A DNA stretch of 51,434 nt from contig CAZNLA010000001.1 in assembly GCA_964573385.1 (NCBI GenBank), positions 1 to 51,434 on the forward strand. The letters are read 5' to 3'. Shown in pieces: positions 34,653 to 44,127 of the stretch (position 1 is the stretch's first letter; each line of letters opens with the position of its first letter). The DNA comes from an uncultured bacterium. GTDB lineage: Bacteria; Armatimonadota; Hebobacteria; CAIYQO01. The translations under genes and the position numbers were made by a program. The notes under the pieces are model-generated. The model was not told the origin of the DNA and did not search any database. It saw nothing but the letters and a program-made list of their open reading frames with translations.

Positions 34653-37286
34653 TTGCAAAATAATTTGGAAAAACGCAATATAGCAATTATAGGGTTTCGT
34701 GACCCACTGCGCGAAGTAATTAATAATGCATTAAATCAGCATTTCATCATCGATACAGTTACGGATGACTTGTCATTGATAGCGTCTCTGGCACACGATA
34801 CTGTTCTTGTTTGCCATGCCGACTGGTTTAAATCTTTATCCATTGATTCTATAAGTGTCATACGAAAGCGATTCTTTATTTGGAATCCAATTATTGTTAT
34901 AGAACGTTCCCCCAATAACGTGGATGAAGATACCATGTGGAACGTTTGCCGACTTACTCCACCTTTAAATGTATCTCTGCTGGTAAAACATATTACGCAG
35001 GCAATATCATTTCCGGATAACCGTCAGGTTGAGGTTTTAACATCCGCATTGTATCAACTGCGTGAAGATTTGTTGTACCTGCATCAGTTAGAAAATGGCA
35101 ACACCCATATTGACGACAATAAAGTGCGCAAAGATGTGGCAGAAACATTAACATTGTTGAAAAACGTTGGTAAAGTTGCCAATAATAAGGAGTTTACCGA
35201 TTTAAGTGAAACAGCAAACGACCTGTTAGCGTTGCCAACATTGGATGAAGCAGCATTGCAGGTGATATTGCCGTTGGTTGTAAATGCCGATTCTAAAGCC
35301 CGGGAGATAGATTTGCCGGCGTTATTGCGCAGTAAAATGCACCAGTTAAGCAATACAGTTCGTTTGGCGTTATACCATGCTAACGATTCATCATCTACAA
35401 GAATTGGTGATTTGTACGACTTGCTGTCTGTATTGCCGATTCAGCAAATTGATACATTTTCACATGATTTGGTTGAACCGTTAATCAGTTTACGAAATAA
35501 GTTTTTTGAAATAGTACATGACAAAACCGATATTACAGAAAATTTTAATGCGACACAACTGGACGAGTTACCATTTCAATGCGCAACCTTGATAAGTAAG
35601 TTATTAATGCCATCAGTGCCATTATCGGCGTCAGTAATAAAGCGGATAGTGGTAATAGAAGATGACCCGGGTTGGCAAACTCAGATTTTATCTGTATTGG
35701 CTACCATTGGATTAACTATTCCAATTCAATCTGCCAGCACTATAGAGGAAGGCGAACGGTTATTAAAAGAAAGCGAAAATGGCACGCTGGCACTGGTTGA
35801 TCTGGGATTGCCGTTAAATGAAAAAGACGCGAAAAAAGGATTAACAGACCTTGATGGTGGCCTGAAATTATTGAAGATATGCGCAAAAAATCCGAATTTG
35901 GGAATACGCGCTATAGTATTGACCGCCGCAGAGAACTTTGCCGATGCGGTGCGCGACGCCCTGGCAAGTGGGGTAGACGCAGCCGATTATATCCAAAAAG
36001 ACCCGCGAAATTGGGAAGAACAATTGCGTTCGCGCGTACAACTTGCCGTGCAGTCACCCACACCGACCCACCTTCCCGTGGTGGATGTGCTGCAATGCAC
36101 CGCCAGGCTAATCCGGGTTGATGGGGTAGAAATTGCTTTGGAAAGAAGGCCATATATTTTATTTGAATATTTGGCAAAATATGCGCGTATCCCCAGAAAA
36201 ATAACATATATTCGCCAAGCTCTGACAACGCCAGGCGACCGTGACATAACACCAGCAATGTCTAAGGAACAGCAGAAATCATTGCTTGCTGGCGATGATA
36301 TAAGCCCGTATGATTTGCTGACCCCAAAACATCTGCAGGATTACCTGTATGACCTGCGCAAACAGATTGAAAACGGTTTGGATGGTTTGGGGATAACCCA
36401 TGATTATAGCAATCTAATCACTTATCATCCTGATTCAGAAGCGTATTGTTTAAATGCTGATATTCGCATGGTTGAGCAATTTGAACAGTTATCAAAAACT
36501 GCAGAATTGCGGAAGGTATTGATAATAGAGGACCACCCACAATGGTATGAAACCTTATCAAATCATCTGAAAAGTTTAGGTTTTGATGTTAAGGCAGTAA
36601 AAACACTGGATGACGCAAAACAGGCGATAGATGAATGGGCCCCGCATAATGTAACATTAGACCTGCAGATACCGCGAAATAATGATGAATTGCAGGCAGG
36701 TATACAACCACATGAAGAAAATGGAATAGCGGTGATGAGATATTTAAAAGAGCACCTTCCAGACACCGGTATTATAGTGATTTCTTCAATTGATTGGAAA
36801 GATTCAGTAATGCTGGAGATGTTGCGAGCAGGAATAGCGCCCCACGATTACATATCAAAACAATGGGATGATGCATTAAACCGGGTTGCGCAATCGATAT
36901 GGAGATTAACAATTCGGCGTGAAAACGGTTCTCAAATTAATCCGGGCATGTCACCAGGCACAATTGCGTATATTAATATTGATGAAGTAGCAGATACGAT
37001 AGAAATAGCCGGTTGCCAGGTTAAACTATATCCTGACGGGAAAAAGATATTAAAGATGCTGGCAAAAAGTCCGAATATGCCAGTGCAACGGGATACAATA
37101 GTTGATATGTTATGGCCAAACCCGGATTTGATTCCTGATGATTTTGATGGTTTAATAAACACCATCATATCAAGACTGCGTAAATCTATCAGTGACAGCA
37201 CACAAGGTAAAGTAGAAGGCAAGCAATTGATTCGTAATGCTGACGGTGTATATTGGTTGCAAGGAATTATCAGTTATAAAGAATGA
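34653..37286 (+). CDS. Giant response regulator: pseudo-receiver + helical region + (REC - OmpR/PhoB-type winged helix) x2
   Basis: 877 aa with a TTG start 8 nt after the previous stop. REC1 is IVVIEDDPGW...LALVDLGLP...AIVLTAAE...DYIQKD, followed by wHTH IRVDGVEIALERRPYILFEYLAKY. REC2 is VLIIEDHPQW...VTLDLQIP...IIVISSID...DYISKQ, followed by wHTH IEIAGCQVKLYPDGKKILKML...LINTIISRLRKSI. Confidence 0.7.
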   Translation: MQNNLEKRNIAIIGFRDPLREVINNALNQHFIIDTVTDDLSLIASLAHDTVLVCHADWFKSLSIDSISVIRKRFFIWNPIIVIERSPNNVDEDTMWNVCRLTPPLNVSLLVKHITQAISFPDNRQVEVLTSALYQLREDLLYLHQLENGNTHIDDNKVRKDVAETLTLLKNVGKVANNKEFTDLSETANDLLALPTLDEAALQVILPLVVNADSKAREIDLPALLRSKMHQLSNTVRLALYHANDSSSTRIGDLYDLLSVLPIQQIDTFSHDLVEPLISLRNKFFEIVHDKTDITENFNATQLDELPFQCATLISKLLMPSVPLSASVIKRIVVIEDDPGWQTQILSVLATIGLTIPIQSASTIEEGERLLKESENGTLALVDLGLPLNEKDAKKGLTDLDGGLKLLKICAKNPNLGIRAIVLTAAENFADAVRDALASGVDAADYIQKDPRNWEEQLRSRVQLAVQSPTPTHLPVVDVLQCTARLIRVDGVEIALERRPYILFEYLAKYARIPRKITYIRQALTTPGDRDITPAMSKEQQKSLLAGDDISPYDLLTPKHLQDYLYDLRKQIENGLDGLGITHDYSNLITYHPDSEAYCLNADIRMVEQFEQLSKTAELRKVLIIEDHPQWYETLSNHLKSLGFDVKAVKTLDDAKQAIDEWAPHNVTLDLQIPRNNDELQAGIQPHEENGIAVMRYLKEHLPDTGIIVISSIDWKDSVMLEMLRAGIAPHDYISKQWDDALNRVAQSIWRLTIRRENGSQINPGMSPGTIAYINIDEVADTIEIAGCQVKLYPDGKKILKMLAKSPNMPVQRDTIVDMLWPNPDLIPDDFDGLINTIISRLRKSISDSTQGKVEGKQLIRNADGVYWLQGIISYKE

Positions 37287-37290
37287 AGTT

Positions 37291-38205
37291 ATGACTATTT
37301 TATATGAACATAAATCAATACAGTTAATATTCCAATCTTTCTTTCCGGAGATAGATGAGAAAAATTGTGATTTTTTCATAGGGTGGTCAGCACGAAATAA
37401 ATTAGCTTTATCACCGCAGTTTTGTATATTAACGCAACCGGAAATACCTTATCTACATTTGCCGTGTTCAACTGAAGAAATTCGTAAATTTATTCGCAGA
37501 GTTCCAACAGAATTATCTGGTGATAAATTTATAAGTTCTTCTTTTCCATATTGGCAATTGGCCGAAAGTATGCGACTTCTTGAAAATAACCAGCAATCTT
37601 TTACCAGATTACAAATGCTTGATGCTTTTTGCAACCATGAATGGCCGGGATGGTATGACGATTTATTTACTAAATTATATAAAGTTATTAATAACAATAA
37701 AAAGGATATATCATTTATAACTCGAATAGTTATCAAAAATGATGGTAAGTTTGCAGCACAGGTAGATTTCGTCAGATCTTTTTCAACATTATTCCACAGT
37801 GCTAAAAACGATGCTGTTAATCGTTGGTTCGGGCCATTAAGAACCATGTTGTGTGGATATGCTCCGGATGAACCGGGAGGGTATCGTTTGTCAGATATAT
37901 TATTGTTGTTGGATAAAGGTGAGAAGTGGTGGGTAACATTGCCATCGATGCTGAATACAACCTGTGACTATCTGGTAAAACGCGGTATATCCGATAAATT
38001 ACCTTTTGAATATAAATTGGCAAAAATAATGGCAGCACAGGCAACAGATTTATCGAATACTATTGTTAGATGGCTTGCAGTTATGGATGAAAAAACTTTT
38101 CTTAAACAACATGTAAAGAGTTTAAAACAAATTGATAGAATGATAGATGGTATTCAACGAATAGAGCATAATGCCGCAAAATTACGAAAAAGGTTGGTGG
38201 ATTAG
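37291..38205 (+). CDS. Hypothetical protein, paralog of ORF 33703-34644
   Basis: The track ORF starts at 37237 but overlaps the previous gene. ATG 37291 (MTILYEH...) lies 4 nt after the previous stop and aligns with the start of the paralog. Confidence 0.55.
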   Translation: MTILYEHKSIQLIFQSFFPEIDEKNCDFFIGWSARNKLALSPQFCILTQPEIPYLHLPCSTEEIRKFIRRVPTELSGDKFISSSFPYWQLAESMRLLENNQQSFTRLQMLDAFCNHEWPGWYDDLFTKLYKVINNNKKDISFITRIVIKNDGKFAAQVDFVRSFSTLFHSAKNDAVNRWFGPLRTMLCGYAPDEPGGYRLSDILLLLDKGEKWWVTLPSMLNTTCDYLVKRGISDKLPFEYKLAKIMAAQATDLSNTIVRWLAVMDEKTFLKQHVKSLKQIDRMIDGIQRIEHNAAKLRKRLVD

Positions 38206-38206
38206 A

Positions 38207-41032
38207 ATGCGAAAAGTTTTATTGATTGATGACGATGGACAACATTGGGCAGAAGTACTAAATCGGCCATTTAATGCTGATAATTGGCATATTGTTGTAG
38301 CAAAAACTGCTGAGAGTGGTATTTACCGTTTGCAGCAACGAGATATTGGTGTGATTCTTCTTGACTTACAATTTGCTCATTCACAGATGCAAGGTACTGA
38401 CGCATTAACTGTTTTAAAAAGTAATTATCCGGATATCCCGGTAATTATTATTACCAGCTCCGGTAAAGCGACTGATATCCGGACTGCTATAGAATGTGTC
38501 AAAAATGGTGCATGGGATTATTTTACTAAATCTAAACTTGACGCGAATCGATTATTACAGGAATGTAATAAAGCAGTTGAATCGGCATTAACTCATGAAC
38601 GTTTAAATCGTCTGGTAGATTCTTTCCATCGAACAGTAAGTGATAGTCCATTTATCTTATCCACCACAGAAGATGACGGCAGTTCACTTGCTATTTTTGC
38701 AATTAAAATTATTTATGTAACACAATTTGATAAAGAGAATCAGGATATATTATCATATCAGAGATGGTTTGAAGATCAAATGCATTGGCATGAGAACTTA
38801 GTGTCTGGTTTGTTGAGTCGCTTACCGGGAAGAACTGTAGAATTGCGATATATTAATACAGTAACAGAAGATGGTGATGATAGTCTTGGAATTTTTGTAG
38901 TAGGAAGAATTAAAGCATCGAATTTAGATATTGCACGCCAGGGAGCACATGAATTATGGATTGATTTACAGTCATTACTTCATGTTAATGATAAGTTAAT
39001 CGGTTTTACTTCTGTATCTAATGAGAATGATTTGCGGATAATTTTAAAACCATTTCATGTTAAAGAAATCACGGAATTTCGTCGTGAAGGTGTATCTGTT
39101 CCTGTTGAGGATGATATTACACACATAGGATTTGGTGAAAAAACAGACATCGTTAAATCAAAGGATATTTTGATTCCAAGACCCTTGCCACAAACAGATT
39201 CACTGATGAAAGTTTTCTGCGAAACTTTATCACATAATAAATATCCTGTTTTAGTTTCTATTAAGTTAGATTGTGATAGTGTTGTTCTGCCTGATATAAA
39301 AAATGGTTTTATTCCGCAGGATCTATTGCTTTCTCAGGATCAATCAGGTGTTTTATGGAGAAAGTTTGAAAGTTTATATAATTGTGAAACAACAATATGT
39401 AATTTACGTATTTGTGTAGCTTCCGAAAAGAAGTTACCGTCATCATTGTTGAATATGATAGGAACAGAATTAATATCTACAGAACCATCACTTTGGAAAA
39501 CATATAATTTGTCGACAAAAAATGTTGAGAAAGCTGTTACTGATTATGCAATTAAACTTGATAATATTGAAGTTATGGAAACTTTAACGACAGTATATAC
39601 CATCAGTGAAGCCACACACGCATTTAGATTGCCTATTGTAATAGGTGCCGGGTACATTGGTCTTTCAACCAATAAACCACAATATACATATATTCCCAAA
39701 CGGTTACCTAAAAAAGGCGCTTTGCTTGGGGTAAAGCATACATCAAAAGGTGATATTAATATTCGCATACCGGATGAAGACCGTACAAAGCATGTATATG
39801 TCCTTGGCCAAACAGGAACAGGTAAATCAACATTAATGACCAGTATGATATTATCAGATATTGAAGCTGGTAAAGGTGTATGTGTCTTAGATCCACATGG
39901 TGATTTGATTGATTATTTATTACCACGAATACCGGAAAAACGTGCTGATGACTTAATTCATCTTGACCCGGGGTGCAATGTAGATACACCATTCGGGTTG
40001 AATCTATTTGAGGCAAGAACGGATTATGAAAAAGATTTCGTTGTTCAGGAATCAATTAATATTTTTTATAAATTATTCGATCCAAATAGAACAGGTATGG
40101 TAGGACCACAATTTGAACATTGGATGAGAAATGGTGCTCTGACATTGATGTCATCTCCTGAAGGGGGAACATTAATAGATATTTCAGTTTTATTTACTGA
40201 TTTATTTGAATTTCGTAAAAAAGGTGGTGAGGGAGGTGAGTTTATGAAAGCGAAACGTTCCTTTGTCACAAATCCGGCAGTGAAAGATTTTTGGCGACAA
40301 ATAGATGGTGCTACAGATTTTCACATTTCAGAGATGATGAATTATTTTATTAGTAAATTTAGCAGATTTTCCGGAAATAGAACTATACGAAATATAATGG
40401 GACAAACAAAAAGCACTATCAACTTACGGGATGCAATGGATACCAGTAAAATATTATTAATTAATTTATCTAAAGGTATGCTGGGTGATATGAATAGTAA
40501 TTTATTGGGATCAATATTTTTATCCAGAATATATATGGCTGCTATGAGCAGGCAGGAACTTGCTATTAACGATCGTCGTCCATTCTATATTTATCTTGAC
40601 GAGTTTCAGAACTTTGCGACTGAATCTATGGAGTCGATGTTAAGTGAAATTCGTAAATACGGTGTAGCTTTGGTTTTGGCACATCAAAATCAAGCGCAAT
40701 TACCGACTAGATTACTTGAGGCAGTATTGGGTAATGTGAATTCCACGATATTCTTTCGTCCGGGAGCACCTGATGCAAATCGGGTAAATTTATATTTACA
40801 AAATAGATTTACAGAAGCCGAATTAGTAAACTTTCCTAATTGGCACGTTATCGCACGTATACTCATTGATAATGTACCATCTATTCCATTTGTTTTTAAT
40901 ACCGTTATTAATGATTTACAACCTAATAATGAAATAGCAAGTTATTATCGTGAGATGAGCAAGAGAAAATACGGTAGACCTTCTGAAATAGTAGAACGTG
41001 AGATAAATAAAAGATTAATGATAGATAGGTGA
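38207..41032 (+). CDS. REC-domain protein fused to an FtsK/HerA/VirD4 (T4CP-like) P-loop ATPase
   Basis: The track ORF starts at 38171. ATG 38207 (MRKVLLIDDD) lies 1 nt after the previous stop. REC is VLLIDDDGQ...VILLDLQF...VIIITSS...DYFTKS. Walker A is VLGQTGTGKST (nt ~39806-39832), with VLDPHGDLIDYL, Walker B FYIYLDEFQNF, and LVLAHQNQAQL. Confidence 0.65.
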   Translation: MRKVLLIDDDGQHWAEVLNRPFNADNWHIVVAKTAESGIYRLQQRDIGVILLDLQFAHSQMQGTDALTVLKSNYPDIPVIIITSSGKATDIRTAIECVKNGAWDYFTKSKLDANRLLQECNKAVESALTHERLNRLVDSFHRTVSDSPFILSTTEDDGSSLAIFAIKIIYVTQFDKENQDILSYQRWFEDQMHWHENLVSGLLSRLPGRTVELRYINTVTEDGDDSLGIFVVGRIKASNLDIARQGAHELWIDLQSLLHVNDKLIGFTSVSNENDLRIILKPFHVKEITEFRREGVSVPVEDDITHIGFGEKTDIVKSKDILIPRPLPQTDSLMKVFCETLSHNKYPVLVSIKLDCDSVVLPDIKNGFIPQDLLLSQDQSGVLWRKFESLYNCETTICNLRICVASEKKLPSSLLNMIGTELISTEPSLWKTYNLSTKNVEKAVTDYAIKLDNIEVMETLTTVYTISEATHAFRLPIVIGAGYIGLSTNKPQYTYIPKRLPKKGALLGVKHTSKGDINIRIPDEDRTKHVYVLGQTGTGKSTLMTSMILSDIEAGKGVCVLDPHGDLIDYLLPRIPEKRADDLIHLDPGCNVDTPFGLNLFEARTDYEKDFVVQESINIFYKLFDPNRTGMVGPQFEHWMRNGALTLMSSPEGGTLIDISVLFTDLFEFRKKGGEGGEFMKAKRSFVTNPAVKDFWRQIDGATDFHISEMMNYFISKFSRFSGNRTIRNIMGQTKSTINLRDAMDTSKILLINLSKGMLGDMNSNLLGSIFLSRIYMAAMSRQELAINDRRPFYIYLDEFQNFATESMESMLSEIRKYGVALVLAHQNQAQLPTRLLEAVLGNVNSTIFFRPGAPDANRVNLYLQNRFTEAELVNFPNWHVIARILIDNVPSIPFVFNTVINDLQPNNEIASYYREMSKRKYGRPSEIVEREINKRLMIDR

Positions 41033-41096
41033 AATTTCTATTCATACCGTTTAATTTTATGATTTGTAAATCAGATATTGATAAATTGGAGAAAAA

Positions 41097-43145
41097 ATGC
41101 CGAAAAAAATAATATGCACCGTTGAACCTGCAATTGAGAAATTACTTGAAAGTTTTTTTGTTAAATGGGATGTTCAAGCAATAATGATTCCTTGTTCGAA
41201 CTCTATGGGAAACTTAAAACAATTATTACCAGAACAAGAGAAGTTTGTTGAGTGTTGGGCGAATGCTGTTATTGAACATATTGAAGATGATTCTGCGCTA
41301 TTAGTTCAGGTTGATTTAATCCCAGGTAAACGTGCAAAAGGATATGGTTTATTACTGGCAGAACGAATACGTGCTGAACGTATAATACCTACAATTATTA
41401 TGACTCTTGATACTAATATTGCAACGCGCAATTCGACACGTCGGGCCAGGTTAGCAAATGGAAAAACACGATTTCCTGTTGTGCCTATTATTACAGGAGA
41501 TGATATACAAAATAAATTTGCATCTCGTATACCTTTTGTTGTGTGGGACCCTCTGTCAGGTAAAAATAGTTTTAATAAATCATATAATGCGGCTCAAAAA
41601 ACTATTTTTGGAATAAGACCACAGCAGGAAATAGTGGTAAAAAGTGAATTAGTTGAGGCACTTCAGGACGAAGAAGCCGCAGCACTGCGTCATCGAATTA
41701 AAAATATGTTAGCGAGTTTAAGAATATTAGACGGTGCGTATAGGAATGGGTGGTTAACATATGATGAAGTAACAAAATCGTTAACAACTTTACAAATGCG
41801 TGCTGTCGATGAAAATCAGAAGAAAGCATTGGAAAGTTTGGCTAATACATTGTATAATATTCTTCAAAGTTCATTATTACAAGAAGCAAGTCCTCGCGAC
41901 ATGACACTGGTTGTATGTGATGACTTATGGGAGACAGCTGGATGGGATCAGGTTATTCCACCCATGGTAAGTCATCTTTTTGGTATGGACACCCATGGGG
42001 TTGTATCACTAAATGAACTTGCGCTATATTTAGAAAAAGCAAGTGAAGAATTAATTCCACCCCGCACATTGCTACTGGACGTTCATGTCGGAACAGAAAA
42101 TGTTGATGCTGATTATTTAGAATATTTACACAAAGATTTCCCGGATCTGGATATAATTTTATTTACTACAGATTTGAATGATGGTGTATTAGTCCGTAAA
42201 GTTTATGAATTGGGGTATCGAATATTTTTTAAAGAACTTGATGAATCGGCAAGAAATACTCGTCAATATGCTACTCACCTACGGCAAATGCTGGAACAAT
42301 CTATCAGGTCATATCCCATTATGCATTTATTACAATTTGCTGAAAAAGCAGATAGTTCTGTAATGGTGGCCGAACCGGCAGCAGTTATTAAAACGATGCA
42401 ATCAGTAATGAGATTGTGGAGAGACACAGGTGAAACGTCCAGTGTATTAGGATTGACCGCTTTGCATGAAAGGCTGACAAAGTGTGTTCACGCTATGGCA
42501 AACCATAGGGAATCTCGATTCCCTACCAAAGTAAATAGTAGTAGTGTTGATTGGGGTTTAGTATTGTCGAGAATCTGTAATTATTTAAATGTTAATGTCA
42601 ATGATTGTGGTTTACCATTTACACAATTATTTCAAAACACATTTTATTTAGCTAAATATTCACGTAACCAGATGGCGCATAATGCAGATATGATACTTGA
42701 AGCAGACACTAATATGCCTGCGTTAGGCATTGCACTAACGCAAATAATCGCAAGTATAACGTTATCGGGTGTAGCATATCCGATAGCTATACAAAATTCG
42801 AATGAAATATTAGATGATGAGTACCTTAGTCTTAGTTTGTTGGAGTTCGCAAAATCAATATATTATTCAACAGAATCTATGAAGCCTCGGACGCGTTCCC
42901 GTTTCAAATCTCTGGTGGAAGATGGGGCATTTTGTGAAGCACCAAAATTACTTCAATTATTAAATGATTTATCTCATCAGGCAGATCCTATTTTTATGGG
43001 TAAAACAGGGATGCCGGTTTATACACCGACAAAATTTTTACACAATGAGATTGTAAATCTTAACAATAATCTTGATAAAATACAGGAAATGAACTCCTAT
43101 CAGTGGGTACTTGTTTTGTATTGCATATTAGTGTTAGACCGGTAA
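41097..43145 (+). CDS. Pseudo-receiver + REC + C-terminal HEPN-like domain protein
   Basis: 682 aa. REC is LVVCDDLWE...LLLDVHVG...IILFTTD...IFFKE. The HEPN-type motif is YSRNQMAHN (R at nt 42663, H at 42678). Confidence 0.55.
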   Translation: MPKKIICTVEPAIEKLLESFFVKWDVQAIMIPCSNSMGNLKQLLPEQEKFVECWANAVIEHIEDDSALLVQVDLIPGKRAKGYGLLLAERIRAERIIPTIIMTLDTNIATRNSTRRARLANGKTRFPVVPIITGDDIQNKFASRIPFVVWDPLSGKNSFNKSYNAAQKTIFGIRPQQEIVVKSELVEALQDEEAAALRHRIKNMLASLRILDGAYRNGWLTYDEVTKSLTTLQMRAVDENQKKALESLANTLYNILQSSLLQEASPRDMTLVVCDDLWETAGWDQVIPPMVSHLFGMDTHGVVSLNELALYLEKASEELIPPRTLLLDVHVGTENVDADYLEYLHKDFPDLDIILFTTDLNDGVLVRKVYELGYRIFFKELDESARNTRQYATHLRQMLEQSIRSYPIMHLLQFAEKADSSVMVAEPAAVIKTMQSVMRLWRDTGETSSVLGLTALHERLTKCVHAMANHRESRFPTKVNSSSVDWGLVLSRICNYLNVNVNDCGLPFTQLFQNTFYLAKYSRNQMAHNADMILEADTNMPALGIALTQIIASITLSGVAYPIAIQNSNEILDDEYLSLSLLEFAKSIYYSTESMKPRTRSRFKSLVEDGAFCEAPKLLQLLNDLSHQADPIFMGKTGMPVYTPTKFLHNEIVNLNNNLDKIQEMNSYQWVLVLYCILVLDR

Positions 43146-43177
43146 TATTATGAAAATATATAATTTGAAGAAATAAA

Positions 43178-44047
43178 ATGTTAAAAAACATCTATCTAAT
43201 TGAAGAAAAAAATTATACTGTTCAGGAACTTGATTTATTGTTTCCGGGGCAAGCAATTGTTGCAGTAGACTTTGCTGTTTCTGGTATTGAAAGATCATTT
43301 ATTAAAAATGGTTTGCATACAGTTGGATTAGTTTCAAATTGTGACCATCACATACCAGTGTCTCAATTTGAAAAAGTAGTATCAAGCACAAATTTAGCTA
43401 TATGCTATGTTAACCAATATGGCAAATTACCCGAGAAAACTGTTGTTGTGATAAATCATGTAGATTGTGACAGTGTTTTAGCTAGTTTGATTCTGAAAGG
43501 ATTTTTACCTACTGATGATAAATTTGGAAATGCAGCTATTGCTGCCGACCATACAGGTGAAGAAAATGATATTGCTGATTTGTTAAATTCTTTACAAAAG
43601 TTTAAAAGTTTAAATTATTCAGTAAACAATTTAATGTTATTTTTAGGGGAAGATCAAATTCCTAAGAAGGTATTAGACCTGATTGAAATACGTCGGGATG
43701 ATCGAAAAAGAGCATGGGAATTAGTGGAAAATGCCGGATTAGAGTTTCTTGATGGTGTATATTATGGTACTTTGAATAGAAAAATTGATGGTGCATTTCT
43801 GCCGGCGCTTTTGCCAGATGCGAAGATTATATTAATATTTACTCCGCTTAATGGTGATGCTAGTCGTTTAGAGGTAAAAGTTCGTTTGGGCTTTAACGCA
43901 CCTGAAGGGAAACATTTAAATAATATTGGAATAAAAGAGTTTGACCCAGCATATGGTGGACGTTGGAATGCAGGGTCAAATAAACGCGGTGGTGGAACAA
44001 GCTTAAAGCCGTTAGATTATGTAAAAGAGATTCTAAAAAGAATTTAA
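43178..44047 (+). CDS. Hypothetical protein, possibly a DHH/DHHA1-like phosphoesterase (weak)
   Basis: 289 aa. VVVINHVDCDSVLASLIL resembles the H-x-x-D-x-D-x-x-x-S DHH motif. NCDHH and AADHTGEEN are also present. The C-terminal YGGRWNAGSNKRGGG resembles the DHHA1 GGGH..AAG motif. The motif order is not canonical. Confidence 0.3.
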   Translation: MLKNIYLIEEKNYTVQELDLLFPGQAIVAVDFAVSGIERSFIKNGLHTVGLVSNCDHHIPVSQFEKVVSSTNLAICYVNQYGKLPEKTVVVINHVDCDSVLASLILKGFLPTDDKFGNAAIAADHTGEENDIADLLNSLQKFKSLNYSVNNLMLFLGEDQIPKKVLDLIEIRRDDRKRAWELVENAGLEFLDGVYYGTLNRKIDGAFLPALLPDAKIILIFTPLNGDASRLEVKVRLGFNAPEGKHLNNIGIKEFDPAYGGRWNAGSNKRGGGTSLKPLDYVKEILKRI

Positions 44048-44127
44048 TAAATATGACACAGGTAAAAGTTTTAAATATCAGATATCAGAAATAAGAATAA
44101 TTTTCAAGTCTATAAGAGGTGAATATT

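Noticed and set aside
35879-36258. Three overlapping ORFs (35879-36121 +, 35911-36258 -, 35987-36247 -) with Arg/Pro/Gly-rich products.
   Set aside because: They fall in a local GC-rich patch of the 877-aa response-regulator gene, where stop codons are rare in all frames. The sense frame there carries canonical REC and wHTH motifs.
37237-38206. Upstream starts given by the ORF track for two genes (37237 and 38171).
   Set aside because: Both would overlap the preceding gene by 35-50 nt. Internal ATGs at 37291 and 38207 lie 1-4 nt after the upstream stops. In the first case the ATG aligns with the N-terminus of the paralog (MKIHYEH vs MTILYEH), and in the second it begins the receiver domain (MRKVLLIDDD).
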